Shown here in pieces: positions 37,701-48,652 of a DNA stretch of 64,000 bases; within the stretch, counting starts at the first letter, position 1; every line of letters begins with the position of its first letter. The notes under the pieces were generated by a model, which had not been told where the DNA came from, did no database searches, and worked only from the letters and a program-made list of their open reading frames with translations. The translations under genes and the position numbers were made by a program. The stretch comes from Lytechinus pictus. Its lineage: Eukaryota. The DNA is taken from assembly GCF_037042905.1 (NCBI RefSeq), contig NC_087249.1:41478001-41542000 (forward strand), given 5' to 3'.

Positions 37701-37980
37701 ATGTGGCGCCTATCCTTGGCTCTTCGTCAAGTTTAGCTACTACTGGTCTCCCACATGGCGTAGTATGGACCATGACAGCATGTTGTCTTTGAAGACGGTG
37801 GCAGCCAGCTACCACAGGGGCTTGTGGGGGTGACGCATCATCGTCACTCATGATAAACAGTTCGGGTGTTTTGGCGATGCAGGAGCAGGTTCTGCCTTTC
37901 GAGAGATAGAAGCTGCGACGTTCTGCTCCTCCATCTCCTTGACCACGTTCTGGATACGAAAAAGAGGAAATGGGTAGTTT
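33895..37980 (-). repeat. Segmental duplicate of 28276-33605 (EnSpm, Polinton ATPase, array, SDDD protein)
   Basis: Same order and near-identical sequence; shorter array (anchors 35749, 36211, 36645, 37107). Confidence 0.92.
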
Positions 37981-38046
37981 ATTTTTCTTTATTCGAAATA
38001 CATTTTTTTTGTAATCATTTGTATCATCATTTTTAGGACACTTCAT
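37414..38046 (-). pseudogene. Low-complexity acidic ORF with SDDD motifs (probably Polinton accessory)
   Basis: 210-aa ORF; same sequence as 33145-33600 and the 266-bp array. Confidence 0.45.
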
Positions 38047-38219
38047 TTTTGGGGGGTTGTTTATCTAGTTTTTTTTATCAAATGCTTTTAACAAAATTCA
38101 CAGAAAAATGCAAACTATAGGAACCAAAATAAGTTATGATGTTATTGTTGTAGTGCAAACTTATTTCTTACATTGATTAATTCCCGGACATATTTACTTA
38201 TGTCAAGTTTGGCCTGCAC

Positions 38220-38410
38220 CAAATGCCATTAATTTTCTGTCAAATTGATCCCCTTCTGTCCGGGAAGCATTATATTAGTTCCTTTCAATTTGTAGTACTC
38301 CCTAATATTGATGTAGGGGACACCCCTAAATTTCTTGACCACCGCAAAACGTTTAACCCCCAAGTGGAATGGTTTGGAGCCTTCCTCAAATTTGCACGAA
38401 TCTAATTTCT
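38220..38410 (-). pseudogene. PC4/Sub1-like ssDNA-binding protein (Polinton-type)
   Basis: FHLGVKRFAVVKKFRGVPYINIREYY...PGQKGINLT. Confidence 0.85.
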
Positions 38411-39099
38411 GACTAAAATGGCACCGCACCGTCAACCAATATTCGCTTTTTCTATCTTCCAATGCATAATAAAAAGACAACAACGTACAAACATTTATTA
38501 GGCATACATATTGAATATTTTTCTCTTGCATCTTAAACACTAAAACTAAATAAAACAAGAACAAATAATAATTTCACTTACCACCAATGTTTGGAATCCC
38601 GGAGGAGGCGATGGTGTGACCTTTCTCTGCTCAGTTGGTCAGAAAATCACAATAGACAACTTACTGCCCAACATGAATAAGAAATTATTTTGCAAGATCA
38701 ATACAACACCCACAACTCCATCCCCTTGTCCCAACCGTTTCCCAACCGTTCCCTGATCCACCAGTCTTTTTAAAGGCCTACATCTGTTGAGTTGATGCCA
38801 TTGAACGAGAGGGGGTGGTGGTTGATCTCCTTTTCCTCCTTTTAGCCACTTTCATCAATTATCTGTGTGTTTTTTTTGGGGGGGCCTGGGACTTCAGGTT
38901 CCATATTTCAATCTTCATAAGTAGAAGAATGAAAAGGTAAATGTCCGAAATACCTTTCCATTCCCGTAATTTAGATTTAGTCCTCTGTGCCATTTTATTC
39001 TCTGAATCATAGTACTGTTCTTCTAATTTGGACTTTACAGTTATAGGGTGTCTTATGTGGGCAAGTCAAAATGAAAAAAACCGCAGGATTTTTGCATGC

Positions 39100-40066
39100 A
39101 AAAAGAATAGATGTCACAAATATCTCGCGAAATAATGAGCTCACTGAATACTGCAGAAAATAATTACCTGTTCAAATGTTCAGGTAATTGATTTGGTTTG
39201 TGCAATATGCATTTCAGAACTTGCAAATAGTTCTCTAAGCGAAAGCCAGAAAATTGTCAACTGTTCCAAATTGCTTCACATCATCAGCTAAATGTATGAC
39301 AGCATGGATATTATGAATTAGCATCTCCTTCCCAAACATATCTCCAAAGTTTCTTGAAAACACAATCAGCAATTCCTCCGCATATGTCACATATTTTATT
39401 GACAAAGATGGACTGCTCGGGCTGACATGCAAGAGGGAGAAATTTCCATAAATCTCATCCGACAAAGTGCCTCTCAGGGCAAACATACCTTTATAGAACA
39501 AGAATGTTCTAAACTCTGTTGCCTTCCATCTTTTACTGCCATTATAACTAGGCCTGTTGCTATGTTCAATCTTACTGGAATAGGCCTACTATCGGTATGC
39601 CCGGTGACATCGGTCATGTCCGAGTCCTTTGGTTCCTGCATGTCCACTATCTGTTTTGGGCAAGTCAAAATTCAAGTTCTCTGGACCATTATTCCGAGCT
39701 ATTACATTTCTTTCAAATTTGACTTCACTTGGGATTTTACATCTCTTTTTTGTTAGGCAAAATGGAAGAAGCTTGGCGCTCCTTCCATGCACATGTCCTG
39801 ATCTTCTTCGAACATACACTTGGTGTTATACACCTTATTCAATTGGTCAAAAAAAATCTTTGACATTTAATCTGGCTAGGGCGGCTTCGAAGAATTGATG
39901 TATCTGTTCATCCCTTGTCAGCCATTGACATTCGGGGTGGTCTCGCTGCCCACCATATTCATTTATGCATCCTATGCAGTTCTCATATACAACTTCATTG
40001 ACTTAATTCGTTAACGCTTTTACTGCCATTATAACTGGGCCTGTTGCTATGTTCAATCCTACTGGA
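39100..40066 (-). pseudogene. Third, more diverged EnSpm fragment fused directly to the Polinton-like array unit
   Basis: HNIHAVIHLADDVKQFG; junction to the array sequence at about 39530. Confidence 0.8.
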
Positions 40067-40929
40067 AACGTTAAAACCTATAACTGTGATAATATATTCA
40101 TCGTGGCAGCCTTGCTTAAATATGTCAAGCAGCTTTTGAGCTGCCGTTTCATGAGAAAACTCTGATTTCTACCAGCCTACTGGCATTGAGTTGAAGGCGT
40201 TTAAGGAAATCTTAGGGCTTCTCCTGTTTGTCCTGAACCATGCCCATAAATTCTTGCAACAACAGGTTGTAATTCTGCACCCTCCCATATATGCTATCCA
40301 AGAAAGAGAGCAAATCTATTAAAGGCGGTGGCAGTTGATGCAACCTGCTTCGCAAAGTCCTTGGCAGGCAGGACAAGTCTCCCAATCGACTTCACCCTGC
40401 TTTACCAGAAAACAGGCCAAGTCGGGGCAGACGAGACTGAGAGAACCACTCGCACCAAGTGACTTCGAATAAGCTGGTCCAACTGTTCTCTAGTTAACCC
40501 AGACTCACTCAGGAAAGCACTTAATGTGTCAGTGGTAGGCATGGCAGGAGGAGGTGAATCTTCCTTCACTTCAAAAGACGAGCTAAGAAGATTGTCACTC
40601 TCTTGTGCCATGAATATTATAGAAAACAAATAATAAACAGAATTCTATTCAATTATCTTACCCTAACAAATAAAAAGGACTGTGAATACTGAGCAGAAGT
40701 AAATGTAACCAGGAAGATGTTAAATCTTTACTATACTTTACAAATGCAAATAAACAATATAATACTTAAAATAAAACATCACATAAAAAATCAACATGTA
40801 TAAAATATGAAAATACAGTTTTTTTTAATTGCACACTAACCTATCCAAATAATAGACTAGTCCAGTCTACTATAGAGGTGTGTGCAAAGTATGACAAAGA
40901 CAAAAGGACAAAGAAGGTGTCTGGGGGGT

Positions 40930-41192
40930 CTAGAGCACAAAGGCCCATTCAACTTGAAACTCTGAACATTCAGTGTCTAGCTCAGACAGGTTAATGAAAA
41001 AAAAAAAAGTGCAATCAGTGGGTCTACCTATGATTATTAACACATACACTGAAGCTCCAGTGTATGTGATTTTAACATTAACACTGAATATATAAAATAA
41101 TATTATGTAGTACACCAAAGGGGTGCTACAACTGAATTAACATTAACACTGTATATCAAAAAGAATATTAGGAATTACACCAAAGGGGTGCT
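40930..41192 (-). mobile_element. LTR-like terminus remnant
   Basis: TACACCAAAGGGGTGCTACA (TGTAGCACC.. on minus strand) shared with 50450-50809. Confidence 0.45.
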
Positions 41193-41207
41193 AGAGCAGG
41201 AGAAAGA

Positions 41208-42965
41208 TTTTCGATGAATTTGTCTATGTCATCGTTATTGCCATCCGAAATGACAACTATTTTTTGGGATGGTGGTTGTCTCGATGCAGCGCCTATCCTT
41301 GGCTCTTCGTCAAGTTTAGCTACCACTGGTCTCCCACATGGCGTAGTATGGACCATGACAGCATGTTGTCTTTGAAGACGGTGGCGGCCAGCTACCACAA
41401 TGGCTCGTGGGGGTGACGCATCATCATCACTCACGATAATCAGTTTGGGTGTTTTGGCGATGCAGGTTCAGGTTCTTCGATGAATTTGTCTATGTCATCA
41501 TTATTGCCATCCGAAATGACAACTATTTTTTGGGATGGTGGTTGTCTCGATGCAGCGCCTATCCTTGGCTCTTCGTCAAGTTTAGCTACCACTGGTCTCC
41601 CACATGGCGTAGTATGGACCATGACAGCATGTTGTCTTTGAAGACGGTGGCGGCCAGCTACCACAATGGCTCGTGGGGGTGACGCATCATCATCACTCAC
41701 GATAATCAGTTTGGGTGTTTTGGCGATGCAGGTTCAGGTTCTTCGATGAATTTGTCTATGTCATCATTATTGCCATCCGAAATGACAACTATTTTTTGGG
41801 ATGGTGGTTGTCTCGATGCAGCGCCTATCCTTGGCTCTTCGTCAAGTTTAGCTACCACTGGTCTCCCACATGGCGTAGTATGGACCATGACAGCATGTTG
41901 TCTTTGAAGACGGTGGCGGCCAGCTACCACAATGGCTCGTGGGGGTGACGCATCATCATCACTCACGATAATCAGTTTGGGTGTTTTGGCGATGCAGGTT
42001 CAGGTTCTACAATGAATTTTTTGGGATGGTGGTTGTCTTGATGCAGCGCCTATCCTTGGCTCTTCATCAAGCTTGGACCATGACAGCATGTTGTCTTTGA
42101 AGACGGTGGCGGTCAGCTACCACAATGGCTCGTGGGGGTGACGCATCATCATCACTCACGATAATCAGTTTGGGTGTTTTGGCGATGCAGGTTCAGGTTC
42201 TACGATGAATTTGTCTATGTCATCGTTATTGCCATCCGAAATGACAACTATTTTTTGGGATGGTGGTTGTTTAGCTACCACTGGTCTCCCACACGGCGTA
42301 GTATGGACCATGACAGCATGTTGTCTTTGAAGACGGTGGCGGCCAGCTACCACAATGGCTCGTGGGGGTGACGCATCATCATCACTCACGATAATCAGTT
42401 TGGGTGTTTTGGTGATGCAGGTTCAGGTTCTTCGATGAATTTGTCTATGTCATCATTATTGCCATCCGAAATGACAACTATTTTTTGGGATGGTGGTTGT
42501 CTCGATGCAGCGCCTATCCTTGGCTCTTCGTCAAGTTTAGCTACCACTGGTCTCCCACACGGCGTAGTATGGACCATGACAGCATGTTGTCTTTGAAGAC
42601 GGTGGCGGCCAGCTACCACAATGGCTCGTGGGGGTGACGCATCATCATCCCTCACGATAATCAGTTTGGGTGTTTTGGCGATGCAGGTTCAGGTTCTTCG
42701 ATGAATTTGTCTATGTCATCATTATTGCCATCCGAAATGACAACTATTTTTTGGGATGGTGGTTGTCTCGATGCAGCGCCTATCCTTGGCACTTCGTCAA
42801 GTTTAGCTACCACTGGTCTCCCACATGGCGTAGTATGGACCATGACAGCATGTTGTCTTTGAAGACGGTGGCGGCCAGCTACCACAATGGCTCGTGGGGG
42901 TGACGCATCATCATCACTCACGATAATCAGTTTGGGTGTTTTGGCGATGCAGGTTCAGGTTCTAC
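41208..42965 (-). repeat. Tandem array of about 7 x 266-bp units (two shortened to 193 and 230 bp)
   Basis: Unit ORF starts at 41434, 41700, 41966, 42159, 42389, 42655 and 42921. Confidence 0.95.
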
Positions 42966-43728
42966 CGTTTTAGAGAGAGAAGCTGCGCCGTTCAATTCCG
43001 CATCCATCTCGTTGACCACGTTCTGGATACAAAACAGAGGAAATTGGTAATTAGATATAATTTTTTTGTAATCGTTGTTATTTGTATCATTATCAGATTA
43101 TTGGGGGTTGCTGTTTATCTAGTTTTCTTTTTATCAAATGCTTTAAACCAAAATTTACAGAAAAATACAAGCTATAGGAAACAAAATAAGTTATGATGTT
43201 ATTGTTATTTCTTTCCATTCCTTCACTTCATCCTCCGAGACAGCTATGCCAGCAGCTCCGGCCTGATGTACTCCTAAAATAGGCTCATCCTCTGGTGTTG
43301 CACCAGTAGAGGGGATGTCACTCCTCACAGACAACTTTTTTGCCTTTTTTGGTGATTTCTTTTGCTTATGGGCGACATGTTGCACCAAAACTATTCACCA
43401 GTAACGAAGTGGAGTATTATGTATATGTCAAGTTGATCAGAAGTAGAAGATCCAGGCTATCAGAATATCTCGTGGAGTGGTTTAAAAGGGTGTACTGTTT
43501 AGCTGGCTGCCATTTTGTATTTTTTTTTAGATGGAGGTGCGTCTCCTCTGTAGGCCTCTGTTTCGCGTCGATTCCTTTGTTCGGAAGAGATCCCAGCAAC
43601 GTTTCTGGCTACGACCCATGTCCACAATTTAGCACAACTTTCACACCAAACGATGAAACAACAACAGCACAACAATGATTTAAATTCCAATAGAGTCGAT
43701 GTCTCAGTCATCACGAACCAGGCTATGA

Positions 43729-44073
43729 CAGACCTGCCAACCAGTACGTTTTAGCCGTATTTAGTACATTTTTGCAACCAAAATACGGCAGTACGTTTTT
43801 TCTTCGACAAATACGTTTTTTGTAAAAAAAAAAATGATAATAATCTCTATATGTCTCTATTTCATAAAACGTGCATTAGATCAATGTAATTTCAGGTAAC
43901 TTGTTTTTTTTTTCATCTGCAAGAGCAGTGCGCATTTTAGCTTGCATGCAGCTTGAGCGCCGCGATGAGCGAGTGCGCCAAGCATTTTATTATGAAATAC
44001 ACTTTTTTGGGGAAAAATACATTTTTTTAAATCACAGAATACAGTTTTTCATTCCCAGAGGTTGGCAGGTCTG
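43729..44073. mobile_element. hAT-like MITE with 6-bp TSD
   Basis: 14-bp TIR CAGACCTGCCAACC; CTATGA on both flanks. Confidence 0.8.
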
Positions 44074-44649
44074 CTATGAGCGATCTAAAAAATAACGTCA
44101 TGTTTGGCCTCCCCGTGTCGACTGCTAATCTAGCTTATTCTGGATTTTTACCTCTGAACTGAACTGTCGAAAGTCATGAGAGGATCGGGTCGATGTTCTA
44201 CCAAGGGTAGAGGTAAAGCAACGTGAACGGCAGCCTGGCCGCCTAGCCAGTGTGCCTTCTGCAAGAATTATGGAGAAAGCGAGATGTACAAAACATGCCT
44301 ATACAATATTCATTATACATGTAGCTCCTCAAAGGGTCCCTTGACCCTCAACTTCTTTCATATTCGGAAAGAGGATGAATTTTAGACATGATTTCATGTC
44401 TTTTTTACCCTCAATGAATGCTGAAATTAAAATCCCTTTATTCATATTCTTTCCACACAACTTTAATTCTCATTTCCCATTTTTCAAGATTTATCAACAC
44501 ATTCTTTTCAGAATAAGAGTTCAGTTTTCATCATGATGATCATATTGATCTGAATGAATATGGTGATCACATTCATGACCATGAAAGTCAGAGACAGATC
44601 ACCTAATTCGTCCTCGTGACAAATTAAAATTCTAGTTACCTAAATTTTT

Positions 44650-45351
44650 CTTGGATTTGTTCTTTTTCTTGCACAATGCATTCATTTGTATTTCCTTTTC
44701 CAATGTTACGTAGTGAGGCCTTTTTTGGTTACCTTCATGTAGCACTCGTGGGTCGGCTCATTCACACACTCCTTGCATATCGTGCAAAAGACTTGCGAAC
44801 AATCGTGGTCTTTCCTATATCCCGGAAGGACACCGACGTTGAACACATGCTCGCATTTTGGGCATTTGTTTTTGGTGTTACAAGCTGTTTCACCTTTGAA
44901 CTGTGCCGCGCTATGCAATCGAAAACACTGCTTTGTGAGGAATACCATGTTATAGTCTGCGCAGGTGCAAAGTGAGCATTTGGCGAGATCGTTACGGTCA
45001 CAATCGTTTGATGGCTATCGGGACAAATTTTGCAGCATTCATTCTGTAATACGGATTGTGTACTTCCACTGCACTTTTTGCATGCATTTCTCACGCATAA
45101 AAAGCAGCCATGTTTCTTATCACACTGTAGTGACCTGATTTGGTTCAGATACAGGTTAATGTTTTTGTCAGTGGGAGGACCCGCATAAATTCTAGAGTGG
45201 CCTCTTACGACCTCAATAAAATTACCAATCCATACTCTGGGTGTAAAACGGCTTGGAATTTACTGTAATGGCTCAAATCCTCTTCTCCTACTTGAACCCC
45301 ATCCCAGCACATGGAGTTTTGAAGCCTCTCATTTATTAGCCCTGCAGTAGG
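44650..45351 (-). pseudogene. Polinton/Maverick pPolB N-terminal Cys-rich region, copy 1
   Basis: KFQAVLHPEY, IYAGPPTDKNINLYL, GHYSVIRNMAAF, KCPKC..HDCSQVFCTICKECV..HECYMK. Confidence 0.75.
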
Positions 45352-45410
45352 CTTTCTTTTTTATTATTATAAAATTGATTCCTGTTCGATACTAGATTAT
45401 GACAGCAGTT

Positions 45411-46702
45411 TTACTTTGTTGGACATGTAAGAACATTATGTCCAGAGCCATGGCAGTTAGAGCACTTGTACGATCTAGAAGAAACCTTCACCAAATGCTT
45501 GAGCTTTGGGCTTGTGTAAAGCCAGTGAACCCCAATAATATCTCTGAGAGAAGCAAGAGTATTACTCTTTCTAGAGAAGTTCCGGCTCAAGTCTCTGAAG
45601 AGTTTATTTGCAGCCTCGTTGCCTTCTCCACTCAGAGCACTAATTGTCCCAGGGCCAAGAGGGTCTTGCAATACCTCCTGCACATGTTCAATAACCGTAT
45701 GAAGGTAATTGGGCCAGGATGCATATATATGTGAAATTACGTTGCAGGAGATCTGCCATCTGGATGGCATTGGCTTTGTACTCTGCGACATCAGCTGACC
45801 TTGGATGATGGGCCCTGTATACTGTACGGAGCTTAGTGAAAAGAACCATTACATCACGAAGATGATTCCTTCTCTCTTCATCAGGGATGATGCTAAGTAC
45901 TGAAGACATGTTATCAGGATCAAAAAGATGACGAGCATAATTACCTGGCATCATCAGGTTGGGTGCAAGTCCAAGCGTGGCTCTCATGTGGTCATTGAAC
46001 CGTTTCTCCCCATCCTCAAACATCGCCTTAACATCACGAGATATCTCCCATGTGTACGTACGTGCGACTTCACAAATGATCAATTTTTTTTAAAAAGATC
46101 CAATATTGATATCGGCATGAGTGGCATCTAATAATTTGTGATGAGGTTCTGATTTGAGAATTGGGTAGTCCTTTACTCCTTTTGCCACACTAGCCAAGTC
46201 ACTTTGGCTCAAATCGTCTGGATTTGTTTGGACATAGCTAGCAATGTCTACATTCTCTTCCAAGGTGCGGGTGATCTTAAATGTGCCGACATGTGAACGC
46301 GCCGTCTCTCTTGTCGCATGACAAAGAGTGCAGAGGAACTTTGACCCGCTTCCTTGGAGACCTCCCTGTGATCTGTCTAATTTCTCATCTATCATTGAGT
46401 TGAAAAAGATCAACCGATGTCTCCTCCACCATTCATTTGCGTGAACGCGCTGTGCTCTATACAGTCAAGCATTGTCACTCCACACGCTACATGATTGTCA
46501 TCTGCAATTGCCTCCAAATGGGCCTAGTAATTGTGATGGAGTTCGGGTTGTCGGGTTCATAGATGATAGCTTTACCCCCATCCTCCAACTGTACCTCGCA
46601 TTTGATAATGGCAAAGGCAGCTCAAAAGGCTTTATTTGGCAGTAGCCTAGCACTCGCTTCCTTTATGATGCTGATGTCTCCCATACCATCCGCACCATCC
46701 TT
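45411..46702 (-). pseudogene. RAG1L: RAG1-like (RAG1L/ProtoRAG-type) transposase catalytic core plus CTT1 tail, disrupted
   Basis: KDGADGMGD (D600 equivalent, 46688-46690), PNS..RP, MIDEK (D708 equivalent, 46387-46389), GSGSKFLCTLC, LDATH, MMPGNYAR, WPNYLH..IEH, EGNEAANKLFR (E962 equivalent, 45615-45617), HWLYTS, CSNCHGSGHNVLTC. One stop and several frameshifts. Confidence 0.92.
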
Positions 46703-46735
46703 CCCAATCGGATTCAGAAACGTCGATTGCATGCG

Positions 46736-47600
46736 GCGCTATGCAATCGAAAACACTGCTTTGTGAGGAATACCATGTTATAGTCTGCGCAGGTGCAAGG
46801 TGAGCGAGATCGTTACGGTCACAATCGTTTGAATGGCTATCGGGACAAATTTTGCAGCATTCGTTCTGTAATACGGATTGTATACTTCCACTGCACTTTT
46901 TGCATACATTTCTCACGCATGAAAAGCAGCCATGTTTCTTATCACATTGTAGTGACCTGATTCGGTTCAGATACAGGTTAATGTTTTTGTCAGTGGGAGG
47001 ACCCGCATAAATCCTAGAGTGGCCTTTTACGACCTCAATAAAATTACCAATCTATACTCTGGGTGTAAAACGGCTTGGAATTTACTGTAATGGCTCAATC
47101 CTCTTCTACTTGTACCACTGCCAGCTCATGGAGTTTTGAAGCCTCTCAGTTTAGCCCTGCAGCAGGTTTACAATCACTGCAGAACCACACCTTATATTTA
47201 TGATCCTTGTTCACAAAGTCATGCAATGACCACTTCATTGGCAAAACACACACTTTTTCTGTTCCTTGGAAGAAGGGATGGTGATGATAGATGAATTTCG
47301 AAAACATGCTTTGTCATCGCGCAGCCCATCTTTTTTCTCACGTAGCCCACCCCCCCCCCCCCCCCCCCCGGTGGGGTTGATGACATGGTGGAAATGGATG
47401 GTGAAGCCAGGGTTCAATATAAATTCCTGGTTTCTGTTTAAAACTCTCTCAATGCGATCAAGAATAGCACTTACATGTATATCAAACTCACTAACGACGG
47501 CCCAAGGGAATGTGAGGGGGACGCTATGTAATTTAGCACCTCCCATACCGAAGTATGATTCCTAATGTTCCCAACTAAATCATACCATGATTCTCTTACG
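46736..47600 (-). pseudogene. Polinton/Maverick pPolB N-terminal region, copy 2
   Basis: AILDRIERVLNRNQEFIL..FTIHFHHVINPTGGG..SIITI; 46736-47166 duplicates 44908-45351. Confidence 0.78.
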
Positions 47601-48652
47601 TCGAAGCGTTTGGATATACGAGAATCTACAAAATGCCACCTCAACGTTTCTGAATCCGATTGGGAATTAGGACCAAGAGGCTCATAATTTTAGGGGGAAT
47701 CCACCGGTTCTACATTATTTTTCTTTTGTTTGCGTTTTCCCCTTTTTTGGAATTTGGCTTAAGAGGCTCATCACTCTTGGGGTTCCACAGGTTCTACTTT
47801 TTTTTTCCCTTTGCGTTCACCGCCACCTCCCCCCTTTCAAGAATTTTGATTGATTTCACCGCCACCTCTTTGTGGTGTCGGCAACCAAGGGAATGTGAGG
47901 GGGGACGCTATGTAATTTAGCACCTCCCATACCGAGGTATGATTCCTAATGTTCCCAACTAAATCATACCATGATTCTCTTACGTCGAAGCGTTTGGGTA
48001 TACGAGAATCTACAAAATGCCACCTCAACGTTTCTGAATCCGATTGGGAATTAGGACCAAGAGGCTCATAATTTTAGGGGGAATCCACCGGTTCTACATT
48101 ATTTTTCTTTTGTTTGCGTTTTCCCCTTTTTTGGAATTTGGCTTAAGAGGCTCATCACTCTTGGGGTTCCACAGGTTCTACTTTTTTTTTCCCTTTGCGT
48201 TCACCGCCACCTCCCCCCTTTCAAGAATTTTGATTGATTTCACCGCCACCTCTTTGTGGTGTCGGCAACCAAGGGAATGTGAGGGGGGACGCTATGTAAT
48301 TTAGCACCTCCCATACCGAGGTATGATTCCTAATGTTCCCAACTAAATCATACCATGATTCTCTTACGTCGAAGCGTTTGGATATACGAGAATCTACAAA
48401 ATGCCACCTCAACGTTTCTGAATCCGATTGGGAATTAGGACCAAGAGGCTCATAATTTTAGGGGGAGTCCACCGGTTCTACATTATTTTTCTTTTGTTTG
48501 CGTTTTCCCCTTTTTTGGAATTTGGCTTAAGAGGCTCATCACTCTTGGGGGATCCACAGGTTCTACTTTTTTTTCCCCTTTGCGTTCACCGCCACCTCCC
48601 CCCTTTCAAGAATTTGGATTGATTTCACCGCCACCTCTTTGTGGTGTCGGCA
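47503..48652 (-). repeat. Tandem repeat, 3 x 384 bp
   Basis: ORFs recur at 47660, 48044 and 48428. Confidence 0.95.

Noticed and set aside
43000-45400. RAG2L partner tail-to-tail with RAG1L
   Set aside because: No kelch or PHD-like coding sequence seen; the adjacent DNA is Polinton pPolB sequence and a MITE.
45352-45410. A-rich tract after the RAG1L stop as a retrocopy poly(A) tail
   Set aside because: The tract is short, interrupted and contiguous with the AATAAA rather than spaced from it; insufficient evidence.
29885-48652. Regular arrays as CRISPR-like loci
   Set aside because: Whole units are repeated with no unique spacers, the context is eukaryotic, and there are no cas genes.
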